From an uncultured Rubrobacteraceae bacterium (GTDB taxonomy: Bacteria; Actinomycetota; Rubrobacteria; Rubrobacterales; Rubrobacteraceae), in NCBI GenBank assembly GCA_964250345.1, contig CAXUFZ010000002.1, positions 1 to 51,030 on the forward strand: DNA of 51,030 nt, in the 5' to 3' direction. Each line of letters opens with the position of its first letter. Position 1 is the stretch's first letter. A program made the position numbers and the translations under genes. The notes beneath the pieces are model-generated. The model ran no database searches. It worked only from the letters and a program-made list of their open reading frames with translations, and was not told the DNA's origin. This document shows, piece after piece, positions 47,532 to 51,030 of this stretch.

Positions 47532-48338
47532 TTGGATAGCAACGGCGCCAACGGGAAGGACACCACTTCCAAGGCCCACGCCCCGGTCGCCAACGAGGAC
47601 CTGGGCCAGACCAACGGGACGGCGAGGCTCAGCATCTTTCGCGGCGACGCCGACGGCGGGGAGCCCGTCAGTTACGAGATCCCGCTCGTCGAGGGCATGG
47701 TCGTCCTCGACGCGGTCCTGGGCATCCAGGCCGAGCAGGCCCCCGACCTCGCGGTCCGCTGGAACTGCAAGGCGGCCCACTGCGGCTCGTGCAGCGCGGA
47801 GATCAACGGCAGGCCCGCCCTCCTGTGCAAGTCCCGCGTGGACGAGTACGACGGCGAGATCAACGTCGGCCCCATGCGCGCCTTCCCCGTCATAAAGGAC
47901 CTGGTCTCGGACGTCTCCTGGAACTACGAGGTCTCGAAGGGCATCACCCCGTTCCAGAGTGACGAGCAGGCCCCCTTCACGATGTACGAGGAGGACGTCG
48001 AGCGCCTCTACGAGCCCAAGAAGTGCATCGAGTGCTTTATGTGCCAGGACGTCTGCCACGTGCTGCGCGTCCACAACAAGCACGCCGAGTTCGCCGGCCC
48101 CCGCTTCTTCGTCCGCAACCAGTGGCTAGAGATGCACCCGATGGACAACCAGGAGCGCCTCCGCGACCTCAAGGAAGACAACGGCCTCGGCTACTGCAAC
48201 ATCACCAAGTGCTGCACCGAGGTATGCCCGGTCGGCATCAAGATCACCGACAACTCCATCATCCCCCTCAAGGAGCGCGTCGCCGACGAGTACTACGACC
48301 CGGCGAAGTGGCTAATGAGGAAGATAAGGGGCAGATAG
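47532..48338 (+). CDS. sdhB: Succinate dehydrogenase/fumarate reductase iron-sulfur subunit
   Basis: CKAAHCGSC..C, CIECFMCQDVC, CNITKCCTEVCP clusters. Confidence 0.95.
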   Translation: MDSNGANGKDTTSKAHAPVANEDLGQTNGTARLSIFRGDADGGEPVSYEIPLVEGMVVLDAVLGIQAEQAPDLAVRWNCKAAHCGSCSAEINGRPALLCKSRVDEYDGEINVGPMRAFPVIKDLVSDVSWNYEVSKGITPFQSDEQAPFTMYEEDVERLYEPKKCIECFMCQDVCHVLRVHNKHAEFAGPRFFVRNQWLEMHPMDNQERLRDLKEDNGLGYCNITKCCTEVCPVGIKITDNSIIPLKERVADEYYDPAKWLMRKIRGR

Positions 48339-48382
48339 GTTTCGAGGTTCTAAGGCTTTAAGGTTTTGAGGAGATTCTAGCG

Positions 48383-48418
48383 AGAGGCCGCTCCGACTTC
48401 GGGACGGCCTCTTTGTTT
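48383..48418 (+). terminator. Rho-independent terminator of the sdh operon
   Basis: AGAGGCCG...CGGCCTCT stem followed by TTGTTT. Confidence 0.65.
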
Positions 48419-48498
48419 GGAGAGATGCGGGATGGGACAGAGCGTCGCACGATGCAATTTTAAGCCCAAAAACCTGGAACCTAAAAAACCTCTAACTG

Positions 48499-48571
48499 AG
48501 CGGACGACGGGCTTCGAACCCGCGACCTCCAGCTTGGGAAGCTGGCGCTCTACCAACTGAGCTACGTCCGC
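48499..48571 (-). tRNA. tRNA-Gly (CCC), CCA not encoded
   Basis: GCGGACG acceptor stem, AGCTCAGTTGGTAGAGC D-arm, CCAGC-TTCCCAA-GCTGG anticodon arm, GGTTCGAAG T-loop; TGCTAGAAT extended -10 upstream. Confidence 0.97.
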
Positions 48572-48757
48572 AAGAGACGAAATTCTAGCACGCCGCGCGC
48601 GGCCCTTTCTATAATCCCGGGGGATCTTCCGCGGAAAGGACGAGGCGTTGTCGAACGGAGACGGTAACACCGAGCGGGGGTCGAGGGCGTTTCTCTCGAC
48701 CGCTATGTCGCTAGTCCTCGTATCCCTCTTCGCGCTCGACCTTTCCGTCGGCACAGC

Positions 48758-49273
48758 TTGAACCCGCCCGAGTATAGGTTCTGCCCGCGTTGCGCTAACG
48801 GGTTCAGCGAGCGTGTCGTAAAGGAAGGCGATCCGGAGCGGCTGGTCTGCGACAACTGCGGCTTCGTCTTCTACCTGGGACCGAAGCTGGTGGCCGGCGC
48901 GATCTTCGAGCTGGACGGTGAGATCCTGCTTGTGCAGCGGGACATCGAGCCGGGGTACGGCAAGTGGACGTTCCCGGGCGGGTTCGTGGAGAGGGGGGAG
49001 AGGGCGGAGGCCGCGGCGGAGCGCGAGGTGCTGGAGGAGTGCGGGTTGGAGATCCGGGCCACGGGCATCGTCGGCCTCTACAGCTACGAGGGACAGGTCC
49101 CGGTTATAGCCGTCTTCGGGGCAGAGGTCGTCGGCGGCGAGCCGGTGCCGCTGGACGAGACGATGGACGTGAGGGGCTTTCCGCGGGACGGGTTGCCATG
49201 GCCGGAGATGGCGTTTCCGAGCACGGAGCAGGCGCTCAAGGACTACCTGGCGAACGGGCGGGGCCCCTCCTAG
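48758..49273 (+). CDS. NUDIX hydrolase with N-terminal zinc ribbon
   Basis: FCPRC...CDNC; Nudix box GGFVERGERAEAAAEREVLEECG. Confidence 0.92.
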   Translation: MNPPEYRFCPRCANGFSERVVKEGDPERLVCDNCGFVFYLGPKLVAGAIFELDGEILLVQRDIEPGYGKWTFPGGFVERGERAEAAAEREVLEECGLEIRATGIVGLYSYEGQVPVIAVFGAEVVGGEPVPLDETMDVRGFPRDGLPWPEMAFPSTEQALKDYLANGRGPS

Positions 49274-49803
49274 ACGCCGACCCTCGCCAAAAGGACGTCC
49301 AGGTCTTTCCAGCCGTAGGCCACCTCGGTCAGCCACTCGCCGGCGAGCTCGAAGCCGTCTTCGGCGACCACGACGCCCCCGAGCGACTCGTAGAACCCGC
49401 GCGAGGTCTGGTTCTCCGCGAAGACCCAGAGAAGCATGGAGTTTACGCCGCGGTCCACGAAATGCCGCGCCACCGCGCCCGCGAGTCGTTTGCCCGCGCC
49501 GGTCCCCTGGTCCGATGGTAGGACGTAGATCGTCTTCAGCGCGCCCTCGTACTCCGTCAACCCTTGCGAGAACTTCTGCCTGCGCCGGCCGGACGCGAAG
49601 CCGAAGACCCTACCTTCGTACTCCGCGACAAAGATACAACCGTCGCCCGCCTCGATGACCTCCCGCCAGAGTCGCTCGGACTTGTCGTAGGAGAGCCCGT
49701 CGAGGTGGGCGTCTGGTACGAGGCCCCTGTAGGCCGCCCGCCACGTGTCCACGTGCACGACGGAGATGCCCCGCGTGTCCTGAATCGTCGCGGGCCGTAT
49801 CAG
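49270..49803 (-). CDS. GNAT-family N-acetyltransferase (probable CTG start at 49803)
   Basis: (L)IRPATIQDTRGISVVHVDTWRAAY; YVLPSDQGTGAGKRL acetyl-CoA motif; N..SRGFYESLG. Confidence 0.88.
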   Translation of the reverse strand: MIRPATIQDTRGISVVHVDTWRAAYRGLVPDAHLDGLSYDKSERLWREVIEAGDGCIFVAEYEGRVFGFASGRRRQKFSQGLTEYEGALKTIYVLPSDQGTGAGKRLAGAVARHFVDRGVNSMLLWVFAENQTSRGFYESLGGVVVAEDGFELAGEWLTEVAYGWKDLDVLLARVGV

Positions 49804-50363
49804 TCGGACCCGTCCGCGGTCTCCAGGAAAGCGGCGACTGCCGCGACGATGTTGGCCTCATCGGCGAGCCGCCCGACGCCCGGAAGCTCCTCCGTGGACG
49901 CCATAAGGCCCTCCGCCGGGCCGACGAAGCGGTGGCCCCAACCTTTCAGGGTCTCGACGTTGCGGACCGTTACCGGGTTGGACCACATCTCGGGGTTCAT
50001 CGCGGGCGCCCAGAGCACCTTCTTCGCGCCGGCGAGGACGGTGGCGGAGAGCAGGTCGTCGCCGAGGCCGATGGAGGCCCGGGCCATCGCGTCGGCGGTC
50101 GCGGGTGCGACGAGGACGAGGCCGGCCCAACGGGCGAGGGAGACGTGTTCGACCCTGCCCGAATGCTCCCACCAGGTCTCGTCCGTGTGGATGGTTTTTC
50201 CAGCGGCCACCGCTAGAGCCTCCTCCGGCACGAACCGGAAGGCGGCTTCGGTGGCGACGACCTCGACCTCGTGGTCGCCTTCCCTGAGGCGTCGGATCAC
50301 ACCGGGCGCCTTGTAGGCCGCGATGCCGCCCGTCACGCCGACGAGTATCTTGCCCCTTTCCAC
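49800..50363 (-). CDS. Stand-alone HFCD flavoprotein (CoaC/PPC-decarboxylase-like) without a CoaB domain
   Basis: GVTGGIAAYKA, EHVSLARWA, APATAD.MA, PAMNPEMW; TATACT 7 nt before the GTG. Confidence 0.85.
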   Translation of the reverse strand: MERGKILVGVTGGIAAYKAPGVIRRLREGDHEVEVVATEAAFRFVPEEALAVAAGKTIHTDETWWEHSGRVEHVSLARWAGLVLVAPATADAMARASIGLGDDLLSATVLAGAKKVLWAPAMNPEMWSNPVTVRNVETLKGWGHRFVGPAEGLMASTEELPGVGRLADEANIVAAVAAFLETADGSD

Positions 50364-50515
50364 GCACCGGAGTATACCCGGGCGGGTGAGACGAAAATGA
50401 CGGGTTAGAACGCCGTCATGAGGTGGTACTATACGTGCCCCTGGACCGGGGGCTCGACGACACGTGAAGGCGTTGGAGAAGATGGCGCGACACGGACAGA
50501 AGGACGGAGAACGGA

Positions 50516-50692
50516 GTGGTTAGCAAGGTACGAAACCTGCGCTGGCTCGAGGACCTCAAGGCGTCCCAGAGGCTGACCGCCCGCGAGGAGGGCCGCAAAG
50601 AGGAGATCCTGGACATCTTCCGCGAGCTCTACGACATCTCCGTCCGAAACCCCGAACCGCCCGTCTTCCCGCCCTGGCGCCCGTCCTGGTAA
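50516..50692 (+). CDS. Small hypothetical protein, 58 aa (not in the ORF track)
   Basis: GTG after a GGAGA-rich RBS; MVSKVRNLRWLEDLKASQRLTAREEGRKEEILDIFRELYDISVRNPEPPVFPPWRPSW; GC3-biased codons. Confidence 0.55.
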   Translation: MVSKVRNLRWLEDLKASQRLTAREEGRKEEILDIFRELYDISVRNPEPPVFPPWRPSW

Positions 50693-50749
50693 GGGACTCC
50701 CTCCTGCACCGGCGGCAAACGGCCCGCGTTTCCCGCTAAGATGGCCCGC

Positions 50750-51030
50750 ATGGAAAGAGCTTTGACAGGCAAGGTGGCCGTGGTAACCGGTGCTTCGAGC
50801 GGCATCGGCGAGGCGACGGCGCTGGAGCTTGCCTCCCGCGGCGCCTCGGTCGCGGCCGTCGCCCGCTCCGCGGAGAAACTCGAAGCCCTGGCGAACTGGG
50901 CTGGAAGCCACGGAGGACGGGTCCTCGCGGTCGAGGCCGACGTCGCCGACCGGAATTCGGTGGAGGCGATGGTCGGGCGGGTGGTGGGGGAGTTCGGGCG
51001 GATCGACGTTCTCGTGAACAACGCTGGGCT
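50750..51030 (+). CDS. SDR-family oxidoreductase, truncated by the window end
   Basis: LTGKVAVVTGASSGIG, ADVAD, GRIDVLVNNAG; TAAGAT 7 nt before the ATG. Confidence 0.9.
   Translation, partial: MERALTGKVAVVTGASSGIGEATALELASRGASVAAVARSAEKLEALANWAGSHGGRVLAVEADVADRNSVEAMVGRVVGEFGRIDVLVNNAG

Noticed and set aside
48499-48571. tRNA-Gly as the attachment site of an integrated element
   Set aside because: No integrase and no duplicated tRNA 3' end seen in the window

Overview
High-GC bacterial chromosomal segment spanning the replication origin. Gene content and order suggest a deep-branching actinobacterium such as Rubrobacter (inference only). Left arm (1-19.3 kb, all minus strand): an exopolysaccharide locus with a WbaP-type priming transferase, CpsC/CpsD, Wzx flippase, Wzy/O-antigen-ligase-like protein, a GT2, four sulfotransferase-like genes and three secreted beta-propeller/PA14/beta-helix proteins, capped by a cytoplasmic PAS histidine kinase, a NarL-family regulator and an atypical receiver-like protein. 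A 22-bp imperfect palindrome (WWATRTGCCRNNYGRCNGAYGY) recurs in six intergenic positions of this locus, each 19-20 nt upstream of a -10-like hexamer, which suggests a dedicated regulon. Middle: leuS, several small genes, parB-parA-rsmG, two parS sites, jag-yidC-yidD-rnpA-rpmH, three DnaA boxes, an unusual GHKL-ATPase/winged-HTH gene placed 3 bp before dnaA, oriC (about 19 DnaA boxes plus DnaA-trios), and dnaN-yaaA-recF-gyrB-gyrA. Right arm: NYN-LOTUS protein, nucleotidyltransferase, RNase P RNA, RTX-type Ca-binding protein, Sdh1-type succinate dehydrogenase operon, tRNA-Gly(CCC), NUDIX, GNAT (probable CTG start), a Cys-less stand-alone CoaC-like flavoprotein and a truncated SDR. The poly-G at the window start and the leuS 3' end look like sequencing artefacts. 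All calls are from motif recognition by eye; no database searches were run.
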